NCBI GenBank assembly: GCA_934102255.1
Contig: CAKOSN010000006.1
Location: forward strand, 11,574-75,573
DNA length: 64,000 bases
Direction of reading: 5' to 3'
DNA from: an uncultured Bacilli bacterium
GTDB taxonomy: Bacteria; Bacillota_I; Bacilli_A; RF39; UBA660
The position numbers and the translations under genes were made by a program. Every line of letters starts with the position of its first letter. Position 1 is the first letter of the stretch. Positions 50,501-59,425 of the stretch are shown in pieces. The notes below the pieces were generated by a model. It worked only from the letters and a program-made list of their open reading frames with translations. It was not told where the DNA came from and did not search any database.

Positions 50501-52151
50501 AATTAGTAAAACGCTTACGGAAATAGTTTTCATCCCCATTATCATCTACAACTTCTGACTCACTGTTAGCAACTCTGGCATCAAATTTTTTCTCTAACTC
50601 ACTAGCTATAATTGAAAATTCTTCAACCGTTGTGGCAAAATAACGTAGATTCTTCTGATTATCCCAACAATGAGGCGCTATTCTTAAATAGTCAAAACGT
50701 TCAGGATGCTTAGAAAACACTACTATTTTTAAGTCAGTATAAGAATGAAAAGTCAACATTTCTAAAAATAAACAATCTAAGAAAGGATTAATTATAGCTT
50801 CTTCACCAACAATCGCATTAACACTATGGTCAGTAAAATTATAACTTACAGGAACATCCTCAATAAATAATGAATCTTTAACAATATCCTTAGTTTTTCT
50901 AAGTAAGTTATCCTCATCTTCTAAAGTAAATTTTTCCTCCGGAATATTAATTCTTATTTTCGTATAAGTTCTACCAATTCCCAAACGAATATCTAAAAAA
51001 TCTTCATGGTCAATACTACGTTGCCATAACTCTTTAGTTTTATTATCTATAATACTAATACATTTATCAGCCGAAGGAAAATTATTAATAATAATACTTC
51101 TCTGTTCATCTTTAATTTCATTAATTTGCTTTCTTTTGTCTTCTAAATATTTAGTATACTTACTCTGTCTTAAAGCTTCTCTTTTCTTTCTTCTTTTACT
51201 GGCAATAATTCTGGTAATAGTTGGCCATAGTAAAGCCCCGACTACTGTAATACCAACGGTTGCTAAAGAAATAATCAAACGATAGTTAGAGCCTTCGCCA
51301 CTTACATAATAGCCAAGATAACTTACCATAGATAAAACCGAAGTACTTATCATCGTAAGCTGTGGCCCAATTACTAAGATAAAAGGTGTATCATCCTCAG
51401 GAGCAGGTGCTGGTGGTTCATCAACAATTACTAATCCTTCTTGAACTATATAGTTTAGTCTTGGCGCTTTAAAAAAATAGTCATTTTTACTAAACAATGG
51501 TAACTCTTCTACTTTACGTTTCTGATAATCAGCAAGTTTATTACCATCAGTAGCAAAAGTACGATAATTTAAATTAGTCGTATTAACCGTTAATTTCTTA
51601 CCCGGTTGATTAATAATTAGCCAGTTTCCAAAAAAGATTATTTTTAAGCCATAATATAAAACATAATCACCACTTAAAGCCACACTAACATCTTTTAAAT
51701 TACCATGAGAATTAAAAAAATGATTAGAAGCTGTACTAATACTAAAACGACCATTATTAACCATAGAAATATTTAAAATATCATTACCATTATTAGTACG
51801 ACCATCATAAGGATAGAAGATATCACAATTAGAACTATTACCAACCGTAATAGGTGTAAACATTTCTAATATCTCAACATTTTCATCATAGCGAGGAATA
51901 GAAGTTAAAATAAAATTAGCATTATCATAACTAGAAAAAATACTGTAACATTTAAAAGTTTCTAAATCATTACTATCATTTACAATATCGTTAGAAACAT
52001 AATCCTTACTTAAATTAATTTTCCAAGTACCATTTACCCCAGTAATATTACCAAGTAAGTTATCTTTTATTTTTAAAGGATACATACCACTTATTTGGTT
52101 AGGTAAATTTAATTTTTCAAATATATCATTAAAAAATATAAAAACTATCAT
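47562..52151 (-). CDS. essC: EssC/YukB-type FtsK-SpoIIIE secretion ATPase, module 1
   Basis: 1529-aa ORF with an N-terminal FHA-like region, two TM helices (about aa 255-315) and three P-loop-fold domains. D1 has GLVAGTTGSGKSE plus LLIICDEFAELK. The D2 and D3 P-loop positions read NNLASGERF and FTGRNIRDY. Confidence 0.9.
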   Translation of the reverse strand: MIVFIFFNDIFEKLNLPNQISGMYPLKIKDNLLGNITGVNGTWKINLSKDYVSNDIVNDSNDLETFKCYSIFSSYDNANFILTSIPRYDENVEILEMFTPITVGNSSNCDIFYPYDGRTNNGNDILNISMVNNGRFSISTASNHFFNSHGNLKDVSVALSGDYVLYYGLKIIFFGNWLIINQPGKKLTVNTTNLNYRTFATDGNKLADYQKRKVEELPLFSKNDYFFKAPRLNYIVQEGLVIVDEPPAPAPEDDTPFILVIGPQLTMISTSVLSMVSYLGYYVSGEGSNYRLIISLATVGITVVGALLWPTITRIIASKRRKKREALRQSKYTKYLEDKRKQINEIKDEQRSIIINNFPSADKCISIIDNKTKELWQRSIDHEDFLDIRLGIGRTYTKIRINIPEEKFTLEDEDNLLRKTKDIVKDSLFIEDVPVSYNFTDHSVNAIVGEEAIINPFLDCLFLEMLTFHSYTDLKIVVFSKHPERFDYLRIAPHCWDNQKNLRYFATTVEEFSIIASELEKKFDARVANSESEVVDDNGDENYFRKRFTNYRPYYLFFIDDIVTSRNVSLVSKILRYKQNVGFSIIMTSDSITSLPSEISDFIVVNETESAIMTSQINKDQRIFKADFNNKDEINIYAQVQKLANIPVQVEKEKYELPTSLTFLELYNLSRVEQLNSLERWTNNNPVLSLSVPIGIDQNGEVFKMDIHEKAYGPHGLVAGTTGSGKSEWIITYILSLAVNFSPEEVQFVLIDYKGGGLAMSFLNQELGIKLPHLVGTITNLDKSEIYRSIAAIDSELRRRQAIFNDTREKLKESSMNIYKYQELYRAGLVSEPLSHLLIICDEFAELKQQQSEFMEQLISTSRIGRSLGIHLILATQKPSGVVNDQIWSNSKFKVCLKVQDKSDSMEVLKRPDAAFLKQTGSFYLQVGNNDYYNLGQSAWCGAKYYPSDVLKVKIDDSIVYIDNVGRTIRSFNSIKKEENQVAQGEELLNVVKYISNLNDEKTFSIHPLWLPVMPATIMISDLCKKYNRTKALPYTYKIAVGEFDDPANQRQGLLEIDLANGNVAIISNNLASGERFISTLLWSSIIEHTPYEIAHYIIDFGSESLRRFLKFPQVGEVILQDDPDSVINIISLIAEEFENRKNMMADYNGSFTYYNQMNEQKLPLICFTINAFDVLCENYSKLTDIFTNLFRDAAKYGIVFVVSVTSQTALRQRQLQYFNHTIVMQMKDDSLYRNITNCRRGLIPKNVLGRGIVKINDADVNSYNEFQTAYIVPIEKETETIKQFAEQLCDYYLYKVKQLIKVPENVTSDDLVKYITDLSKVPFGYDLVGKNVTKYDLLKSKIHLFTGRNIRDYISFIYALTNILAKVPNVKVRVIDILNIFKLPELDIKLFNDDFDVLTASLEHDCLNRSDSQDYAVNIVIGMGQYKKRLTKAGAEIYDNLFSHVKDAKKTIYIMIDDYDKIRSLKLERWYNELDKNGLWLGDGFGTQSLFKTSSLTNDDKKLSFAGLGYEVDSDSYKVIKVMMDGDE

Positions 52152-52162
52152 AACAAAACCTC

Positions 52163-52212
52163 TACTATTCTTATATTAAGTATAACACATAAAAGTAGCT
52201 ATTCACAGTAAA
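52163..52212 (-). promoter_or_regulatory. Conserved 50-nt promoter block upstream of module 1
   Basis: Identical to 60853..60902 except for one base. It contains an extended -10 (TGTTATACT; -10 at 52179..52184) on the minus strand. Confidence 0.55.
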
Positions 52213-52227
52213 TTTATTTAACAGCAC

Positions 52228-52250
52228 AAAAAAAGGACAGAGGTCCTCTT
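52228..52250 (-). terminator. Terminator of T7SS-like module 2
   Basis: Minus-strand GAGGAC-CTCT-GTCCTT followed by a T-run, downstream of the stop at 52300. Confidence 0.5.
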
Positions 52251-52299
52251 AAATTATTATTGTATTATTAAATAAAATCAACAATACCATTTATTACAA

Positions 52300-52605
52300 T
52301 TAAACAATCATTCTATCTCGTTCTTTTATATCATAGACTTCTACAGCAGAATTATCTCTTATAACAGAATCTTCTAAATCAGCATAATTAAAATCTACTC
52401 TTTCAATTTTACTCTCTAATCTTTCAACTTCAGTTATATAACTGCCTATTAAACTATAAAGACTTCTAACATAACTAGTATATTGAAAAGAACTAGGCAC
52501 ATCATAATTGCATGATGCTTTAGCATTGTACAAATCTTTTTTAACACTATCTAATTTAAAATCAATTTTATTTTTTAATCCCTGCTCTGGATATACAAGT
52601 CTCAT
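52300..52605 (-). CDS. T7SS-module small protein (module 2, gene 8), conserved C-terminal KERDR motif
   Basis: 101-aa ORF, paralogue of 45082..45387. Confidence 0.6.
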   Translation of the reverse strand: MRLVYPEQGLKNKIDFKLDSVKKDLYNAKASCNYDVPSSFQYTSYVRSLYSLIGSYITEVERLESKIERVDFNYADLEDSVIRDNSAVEVYDIKERDRMIV

Positions 52606-52895
52606 TCAATACCTCTATTTTTGCTAATACAACTAGAAACTGAACGCATATTTGAATTCAAACTTTTAGCAAGAAGACGAATAGAATTCACAAACTTTTT
52701 ATATTCTAAGCGGTCTTTTTCATACGTGCTAAAGTAATAAGTTGCTGTTTGACCTACCCATTCCCTCGAAGTAATTGGCACATTATTCATTTTGTTAAAG
52801 AATTTATTAAATTCACTATCTAAATCATTGCATAATTTAATAATTTCATTTGCTATATCTTTAGCCTCTGTAGTATCAACATATTTTATTGCCAT
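52602..52895 (-). CDS. WXG100-like small protein (module 2, gene 7)
   Basis: Start taken at MAIKYVDTTEAK (M14 of the tracked ORF, matching the paralogue). Central W-x-G motif is SREWVGQTA. Confidence 0.65.
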   Translation of the reverse strand: MAIKYVDTTEAKDIANEIIKLCNDLDSEFNKFFNKMNNVPITSREWVGQTATYYFSTYEKDRLEYKKFVNSIRLLAKSLNSNMRSVSSCISKNRGIE

Positions 52896-52902
52896 AAAAC
52901 AC

Positions 52903-53262
52903 CTATTTAAACATTCCTTTAAGAATACCTTCAACTATTTTCGAACCAATTTCACTATTAGGTGAACTAGTAGAATCTGAACTAGCCATTTGCTTTTCAA
53001 GACTTTTAATTTGAGCATCAATAGCAGGAATTATTTTATTCAAAATTGTATTAGCAGTTTCTTTTATCTTTTTTTCTAAGTTTTGACTACGACTAGCAAG
53101 TGCTGAAGAATTATCGTCAATAGTATAATTTTTATCAATAATATTTTTTATTTCTTTAATATCAGTATCAGAACTCAAAAGTAATTTTGCAGTATTATTA
53201 AGCGATTGTTTTAATGTTTTATATTTATTTATTTCTCTTAAAGATGTATCAGCAGATATCAT
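52903..53262 (-). CDS. T7SS-module small helical protein (module 2, gene 6)
   Basis: 119-aa ORF, positional counterpart of 45687..45971, with a longer Ser-rich C-terminal tail. Confidence 0.55.
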   Translation of the reverse strand: MISADTSLREINKYKTLKQSLNNTAKLLLSSDTDIKEIKNIIDKNYTIDDNSSALASRSQNLEKKIKETANTILNKIIPAIDAQIKSLEKQMASSDSTSSPNSEIGSKIVEGILKGMFK

Positions 53263-53272
53263 AATTTATTTT

Positions 53273-53761
53273 CTAATTCAAGTTTATTTGTTCTGCATCA
53301 AGTCTAATTTGTTCTGCATTACTCTTAATTTCTGATGCAGCATTATTAACATCTGATGCAATAGATTGTCCAGAAGCTATAAAATTATTGTAAGCTTCTT
53401 CCATTTCACCAAGTTCCCTTCTCATTTGTGAAACGTAAGCTACTAAAAGATGTTTTACAGCATCAATAAAATCATATGCAGCAGTTTGAGGATCTCCCTT
53501 TAAAGCAAGTGTTATGTCACCTTCTTGGTCAAAACCGTTAATCAATTCATCAATCTCATTGCAAAATCCATTTAATTGACTTGCTAATTCCATAAAGCCA
53601 TCACGACTCATTCCTGTAAAGCCGCCAGACCAAACACTCTTAAAACCAGTAGTAGTAGAATTAACAATATTTGCTAACATACTCTTACCTTGTGTTAGTA
53701 TAGTAGATGCAGTATCTCCTATATTATGTTGAATATTTCCAACTGTACTTTTAATAGACAT
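53273..53761 (-). CDS. T7SS-module protein, counterpart of 45980..46504 (module 2, gene 5)
   Basis: 162-aa ORF with GGFTGMSRDGF and ALKGDPQTAAYDF. Its start overlaps the esxA-like stop by 1 nt. Confidence 0.6.
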   Translation of the reverse strand: MSIKSTVGNIQHNIGDTASTILTQGKSMLANIVNSTTTGFKSVWSGGFTGMSRDGFMELASQLNGFCNEIDELINGFDQEGDITLALKGDPQTAAYDFIDAVKHLLVAYVSQMRRELGEMEEAYNNFIASGQSIASDVNNAASEIKSNAEQIRLDAEQINLN

Positions 53762-54081
53762 TATTCACCCCTCCTACTAGTTACAAGAGCATTATCAGTT
53801 TCTGCCATAGTATTAACTATATCATACATTTCTGCTTTTAATTGCTCATACGCCTCATTTAATCCAGCGATAACCTCATCTTTATCATATTCCATGTTTT
53901 CTTTAAAAGTTTCAGCAGATTGTCCTACCCAAGCGTTGTCAACGTATTCTCTTAAACTTGCCATACTTTCATTCATTTTTGTAATAGTATCATTTATAAC
54001 ATGCGTTTGCAAATTATTTAATGCATCAGCAACATTATTTTGATCGAAGCCAATTGTAGCTCCTTCAATTGTTAAAGCCAT
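53761..54081 (-). CDS. esxA: WXG100 (EsxA-like) protein, module 2
   Basis: 106-aa ORF with the central motif VDNAWVGQSAETFKE. Confidence 0.75.
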   Translation of the reverse strand: MALTIEGATIGFDQNNVADALNNLQTHVINDTITKMNESMASLREYVDNAWVGQSAETFKENMEYDKDEVIAGLNEAYEQLKAEMYDIVNTMAETDNALVTSRRGE

Positions 54082-54083
54082 AA

Positions 54084-54443
54084 TTAAAATTCCTCCTTAT
54101 CGTAATTTATTTTTTTGGCTTGTTCTTCAGTAGCATCTTTAAACTTATCAATAAGACTGGCAATATATCTAGAATTATCACGCATCTTCTTTATAAGAGT
54201 AACTAAATCATCGGAATAAACACAAAAATTATTCTTTATTATTTCATAATTCTGTGCTAAATCATTATACTTGGAAATAATAATTTTACATGCTTCTGAA
54301 TCGTAATACTTAGATAATCTACTCATTTGATAATCTATTTTTTCAAATAGTTCCATAATTCTATCCGAGTAATCTAAGACATTAACACTCAAAGAAGCCA
54401 ATGCATCTTCATTTATTCCACTGTATATACCGTCACTCTTCAT
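54084..54443 (-). CDS. T7SS-module small helical protein (module 2, gene 3)
   Basis: 119-aa ORF, paralogue of 46841..47194. Confidence 0.55.
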   Translation of the reverse strand: MKSDGIYSGINEDALASLSVNVLDYSDRIMELFEKIDYQMSRLSKYYDSEACKIIISKYNDLAQNYEIIKNNFCVYSDDLVTLIKKMRDNSRYIASLIDKFKDATEEQAKKINYDKEEF

Positions 54444-54462
54444 TTAGTCACCTCTACCAAAA

Positions 54463-54492
54463 AACGTGAACAACTTTCCCTATGTTCACGTT
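54463..54492. promoter_or_regulatory. Perfect 10-bp inverted repeat at the module-2 internal promoter start site
   Basis: AACGTGAACA-N10-TGTTCACGTT sits immediately downstream of the -10 box and is followed by a T-run on the minus strand. It could be an operator or a 5' hairpin. Confidence 0.45.
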
Positions 54493-54493
54493 C

Positions 54494-54522
54494 ATTATAT
54501 AATGTCATTTTTCTATTTTCAA
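54494..54522 (-). promoter_or_regulatory. Internal promoter ahead of the module-2 small-protein genes
   Basis: TTGAAA-N17-TATAAT on the minus strand. Confidence 0.6.
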
Positions 54523-54575
54523 GATATTTATAATACATTTTACATTAATTATATTAAAAATTGACATTTTTCTTA

Positions 54576-54827
54576 TCATAGTAATACTAATTCTGTACCA
54601 TTCCTTATATTAGTTTGTCTAATCAAATAATCCTTAGGATAAATTTGTCCAGTTATACGATTACATAGCAAAGCATTTTCTCTTACAGGATAAACATTTG
54701 ATAATTCTCTAACTACACTAGTGAGTAAGACTGAAATATCTCCAACAAATTTATTAACAGGAATGTAAAACTCATACGTCTCATCAATTTCTGGGACAAA
54801 CAATTTTATCAAAACTTTATATTCCAT
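54576..54827 (-). CDS. esaB: YukD/EsaB-like ubiquitin-fold protein, module 2
   Basis: 83-aa ORF, clearly paralogous to 47311..47562 (the first 15 residues are identical except for one). Its start overlaps the essC stop by 1 nt. Confidence 0.65.
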   Translation of the reverse strand: MEYKVLIKLFVPEIDETYEFYIPVNKFVGDISVLLTSVVRELSNVYPVRENALLCNRITGQIYPKDYLIRQTNIRNGTELVLL

Positions 54828-57800
54828 TATTTATCACCATCCATCATAATTTTCATAACAGTATAATTATGTTCTTCAAATAAATATGCTAATCCAATAA
54901 AATCATATTTCTTGTCATCATTGGAAACACGAGTTGAATTTAACAAACTTTGCGTACCAACACCAGAGCCTAACCAAATACCGCGCGAATCTATTTCATT
55001 ATACCAATTTTCAACTTTCAAATTTCGCATCTCGTCATAATTGTCTATTAAAATATAAGTTGTTTTACTTGCTGTTGCAATTTTAGAAAATAAACTTTCA
55101 AATATAAGAACACCAGCTTCAGACAGTTTTTTCTTATAAGAACCGATTCCAATAATAATATTAATTGCCATAGCATCAGTTTCTTTTCGATTAATAGCAT
55201 CCTTTTCTAAAGCTGCCATTACCAAATCAAAATCTTTATTAAATAGTTTAATATCTAAAGAAGGAATTTTTACTATTTTAGCCATATCAACTATTCTTAT
55301 CTTTGTATTAGGAACTCGGCTTAATAAAGAAGCAAGAGCAACTATAAAACCAGCATAATCATTAATACTTTTACTAGAAATTAAATTGATTTTTTGTTTT
55401 GATAAATCATATTTCACAATATTTTTATTGACTAAATCAAATCCTAATGGAACATCACTTAAATTATTAATGTACTTAGTTAAAGTATCACTAGTAATAT
55501 TTTCCGGCATTTTTACTAATTGTTTAACTTTATAAAGATAATAATTGCAACAATAATTTGCATACTTTTTAATCATTTCAAATTCATTTTCAACAGGTGC
55601 TATTAAAGCAGTCTGGAACTCATCATATGAATCATTATCATTTTCATTAATTTTACAAATACCTCTGCCATTGTAATTTTTCGGTATTAAGCCACGACGA
55701 CAATTAGTTAAACTACGATACATAGAATCATCCTTTAGTTGCATAACAATTAAATGATTAAAACTTTGTAACTGTCTTTGACGTAAAGAAGTCGGAGAGC
55801 TCGCACTAATTACAAAAACAACACCACATTTAGGAGCATCTCTAAATAATGTTGTAAATATATCCAAAAGTCTTGGAAAAGTTTCATTAAAGACATCAAA
55901 AGCATTAATAGTAAAACAAATTAACGGCAATTTTTTTTCATTAACTTTATTATAATATTCAAAAGAGCCATTATAATCAGATAATAAATTTCTTCTGTCA
56001 TCTACTTCACCAGCTATTAAATCTATTAGACCATTAACAGAATCAGGATCATCTTGTAGCACAACTTCTCCAACGTGAGGAAATTTAGCATATTTCTTTA
56101 AAGTTTCAGAACCATAATCAATTATATAATGAGCTAACTCATATGGCGTATGTTCAATAATACTCGACCACAATAATGTTGATATTAACTGTTCAGAACT
56201 AGTTGTATTTTGACTAATAATAGCGATATTTCCGTGAGCTAAATCAACTTCTAATAACCCTTGTTGCTGTTTTCTAGGTTCATCATATTCACCAATAACA
56301 ACATTATATGTATAAGCCTCTCTTTTTTTATGATTGTACTTTTTAAATATTTGATCTAGATATATTTCTTTTGGAACATTAGGTAACCATAATTGTTTGC
56401 TTTTAACTTCAATATTTTTACTAATATCATTTATATATTTAACGATATTTAAAAGTTCCTCACCCTGAGCAACAGTAGCTTTTTTTTCATTATTGGTTGA
56501 AAAGTTTTCAATCACCTGTCCTATATTATCAATATAAGTTATTGAATCATCAATTTTCTTTTTTATAACATCCGAAGGATAATACTTAGCCCCAGCCCAT
56601 GCAGATTGCCCTAAATTATAATAATCATCATTACCAACCTGTAAATAAAAGGCACCAGTTTGCTTTAGAAAAGCAGCATCAGGCTTTTTCAAAATTTCAT
56701 TAGAATCACTTTTATCTTGAACTTTCAAAGCCACTTTAAACTTTGAGTTAGACCAAATCTGATCATTAACAACACCACTTGGTTTCTGAGTTGCTAAAAT
56801 TAAATGAATGCCCAAGGAACGACCAATACGTGAAGTAGATATTAATTGATCCATAAATTCTGGTTGTTGTTGCTTTAACTCGGCAAATTCATCACAAATA
56901 ATAAGAAGATGGCTTAACGGTTCTTCTATAAGTCCTTTTCTGTACAGCTGTTGATATTTATAAATGTTCATAGAACCTTCTTTTAATCTTTCGCGAACAT
57001 CATTAAATAAAGATTGACGACGCTTCAATTCTGATTCTATCGCTGCTATAGAACGACTTATTTCTGATTTATCAAGGTTCGTTATAGTTCCAGCTAAATG
57101 AGGCAATCTAATTCCTAACTCAGAATTTTCAAAACTCATAGCAAGACCACCACCCTTATAATCTATCAAAACAAATTGAACTTCGTTCGGACTAAAATTA
57201 ACAGCCAAAGATAAAATATAAGTAACAATCCATTCTGATTTACCAGAACCAGTAGTACCGGCAACTAAACCATGAGGTCCATAAGCTTTTTCATGAATAT
57301 CCATTTTAAATATTTCTCCATGCTGATCAATTCCTATTGGGACCGCAAGTGATAAAACAGGATTATTTTTACTCCAACGTTCTAAACTGTTTAACTGTTC
57401 AACACGTCCTAAATTATACATTTCTAAAAAAGTAAGAGATTTTGGCAACTCGTATTTTTCCTTTTCAACCATAACAGGAATATTAGCCAATTTTTGAACT
57501 TGAGCATAAATATTATATTTATTATCCACATTAAAATCAGCCTTAAACAATTTTTGATTTTCATTAATCTGACTTGTCATAACAGCCGAATCTTTTTTAG
57601 TAATACAAATAAAATCTGTAGCTTCACTCGGTAATAGCGAAATACTTTCTGCGGTAATCAAAATAGAAAAACCAACATTTTTCTTATACCTAAGTATTTT
57701 ATTTACAAGTGCTATATTTCTAACTAAGGTTATATCATCAACAAAAAATAAATAATATGGTTTAAATCGTTCATAAGTTTTTTTATCTTCAACGCTACCA

Positions 57801-59422
57801 TCATCTTCTACCTTTGCTTCCTCATTATCATTTACTCGTGAATCAAATACCTTATCCAATCCAGATGTAATTGCAGCAAATTCATCAATATTAGTGGCAA
57901 AATAACGCAACGTTTTTTGATTATTCCAACAATGTGGCGCTATTCTTAAATAATTATATCTTTCAGGATTTTTAGAAAAAACAACAATTTTCAAATCAGT
58001 ATAAGATTGAAAAGTAAGCATTTCTAAAAATACACAGTCCAAAAAGGAATTAACTAATAAATCTTCACCAACAACAGCACTAATACTATGCTCTGTAAAA
58101 TTATAACTAATTGGAACATCATTAATATATAATGAATCTTTTATTATTTCCTTAGCTTTCTCAAACAGATTATCCTCATCATCCAAAGTAAATTTTTCTT
58201 CTGGCACATCAATTTTTAATTTAGTAGCAACCTTTCCAACTCCCAAACGAATATCTAAAAAATCCTCATGATCAATATTACGTTGCCATAATTCTCTACT
58301 TTTATTATCAATAATATTAATACACATTTCTGCCGATGGATAATTAGTTATTAAAGTTGCTTTTTGATTTTCTTTAATCATTTCGATTTCATTTTTTTTA
58401 TGAGCTAAATACTTAGTATACTTATCTTGACGAACCTTTTCTCTGTTAACTAACCTTTTATGATTTATAAATCTAGTAACACTTGGCCATAATAAAGTTC
58501 CACCTAAAGTTATGAACATAGTTCCTATCGAAATAATAAGACGAAAAGATGAAACACTACCAGTTAAATACGAACCTAAAAAACTAATTAATGACATTAC
58601 AGAACTACCAACCATAAACAACTGAGGCCCGATAACTAATATCAAAGGAGTATCATCTTCCTTTTCTTTTGCAGGTGGTTCATCAACCCTAATCTCATCT
58701 TCTTTAATTATAAAATTAAGCCTTGGAGACTTAAAAAAATAATCATTCTTAGTAAACAATGGTATTTCTTCAATATTGGCATTATGATATTTTTCTAAAT
58801 CATTTTTAGCAGAAATATCTCTATAATTAATTGGACCAGTAGTAATAGTCATGTTGCTTGATGGACAATTAACAACAATTAAATGACCAAAAAAAATAAC
58901 TTTTAATCCATACAGAAATATGTAATCACCGCTATAAGCCTTAGTAATATTTTTTAAATTTTCATTCTGATTATAAAAATTACTTGAACTAGTACTTAAA
59001 GTATAAGACCCATCTTGATTTCTAGCAACAGTCAAAATATCTTGTCCATTTGGAAATTTAATATCATATGGATAATAAATGTTACATGAAGGATTATTGC
59101 CAATAGTAAATGGTGCAAAAACTTCTAAAACTCTAGTATTATCATCAAATTTGGGAATAAAAGTTACTGTATAAGTTTCATTGCCAAATACAGAATTAAT
59201 AACAATATACTCGTAAATCTGCATAATACCTTTTTTTTCATTTAAATCATTAGAGCTATACAAATCGTCAAGTTTAACTTCCCAATTATTATTATTTCCA
59301 ATCAAATTTCCAATTATTTTATCATCAAATTTTAATGCATACATACCACTTATTTGTTCTGGTAAAGCTATTTTACAAAATCTTCCATTATTAAATATGT
59401 ACACAATCATACTAACACCCAC
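54827..59422 (-). CDS. essC: EssC/YukB-type FtsK-SpoIIIE secretion ATPase, module 2
   Basis: 1531-aa ORF (GTG in the track; an ATG at 59410 gives MIVYIF..., matching the paralogue). Same architecture as module 1. D1 has GLVAGTTGSGKSE plus LLIICDEFAELK. D2 and D3 P-loop positions read QNTTSSEQL and ISSKSINDY. Confidence 0.9.
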   Translation of the reverse strand: MGVSMIVYIFNNGRFCKIALPEQISGMYALKFDDKIIGNLIGNNNNWEVKLDDLYSSNDLNEKKGIMQIYEYIVINSVFGNETYTVTFIPKFDDNTRVLEVFAPFTIGNNPSCNIYYPYDIKFPNGQDILTVARNQDGSYTLSTSSSNFYNQNENLKNITKAYSGDYIFLYGLKVIFFGHLIVVNCPSSNMTITTGPINYRDISAKNDLEKYHNANIEEIPLFTKNDYFFKSPRLNFIIKEDEIRVDEPPAKEKEDDTPLILVIGPQLFMVGSSVMSLISFLGSYLTGSVSSFRLIISIGTMFITLGGTLLWPSVTRFINHKRLVNREKVRQDKYTKYLAHKKNEIEMIKENQKATLITNYPSAEMCINIIDNKSRELWQRNIDHEDFLDIRLGVGKVATKLKIDVPEEKFTLDDEDNLFEKAKEIIKDSLYINDVPISYNFTEHSISAVVGEDLLVNSFLDCVFLEMLTFQSYTDLKIVVFSKNPERYNYLRIAPHCWNNQKTLRYFATNIDEFAAITSGLDKVFDSRVNDNEEAKVEDDGSVEDKKTYERFKPYYLFFVDDITLVRNIALVNKILRYKKNVGFSILITAESISLLPSEATDFICITKKDSAVMTSQINENQKLFKADFNVDNKYNIYAQVQKLANIPVMVEKEKYELPKSLTFLEMYNLGRVEQLNSLERWSKNNPVLSLAVPIGIDQHGEIFKMDIHEKAYGPHGLVAGTTGSGKSEWIVTYILSLAVNFSPNEVQFVLIDYKGGGLAMSFENSELGIRLPHLAGTITNLDKSEISRSIAAIESELKRRQSLFNDVRERLKEGSMNIYKYQQLYRKGLIEEPLSHLLIICDEFAELKQQQPEFMDQLISTSRIGRSLGIHLILATQKPSGVVNDQIWSNSKFKVALKVQDKSDSNEILKKPDAAFLKQTGAFYLQVGNDDYYNLGQSAWAGAKYYPSDVIKKKIDDSITYIDNIGQVIENFSTNNEKKATVAQGEELLNIVKYINDISKNIEVKSKQLWLPNVPKEIYLDQIFKKYNHKKREAYTYNVVIGEYDEPRKQQQGLLEVDLAHGNIAIISQNTTSSEQLISTLLWSSIIEHTPYELAHYIIDYGSETLKKYAKFPHVGEVVLQDDPDSVNGLIDLIAGEVDDRRNLLSDYNGSFEYYNKVNEKKLPLICFTINAFDVFNETFPRLLDIFTTLFRDAPKCGVVFVISASSPTSLRQRQLQSFNHLIVMQLKDDSMYRSLTNCRRGLIPKNYNGRGICKINENDNDSYDEFQTALIAPVENEFEMIKKYANYCCNYYLYKVKQLVKMPENITSDTLTKYINNLSDVPLGFDLVNKNIVKYDLSKQKINLISSKSINDYAGFIVALASLLSRVPNTKIRIVDMAKIVKIPSLDIKLFNKDFDLVMAALEKDAINRKETDAMAINIIIGIGSYKKKLSEAGVLIFESLFSKIATASKTTYILIDNYDEMRNLKVENWYNEIDSRGIWLGSGVGTQSLLNSTRVSNDDKKYDFIGLAYLFEEHNYTVMKIMMDGDK

Positions 59423-59425
59423 ATT

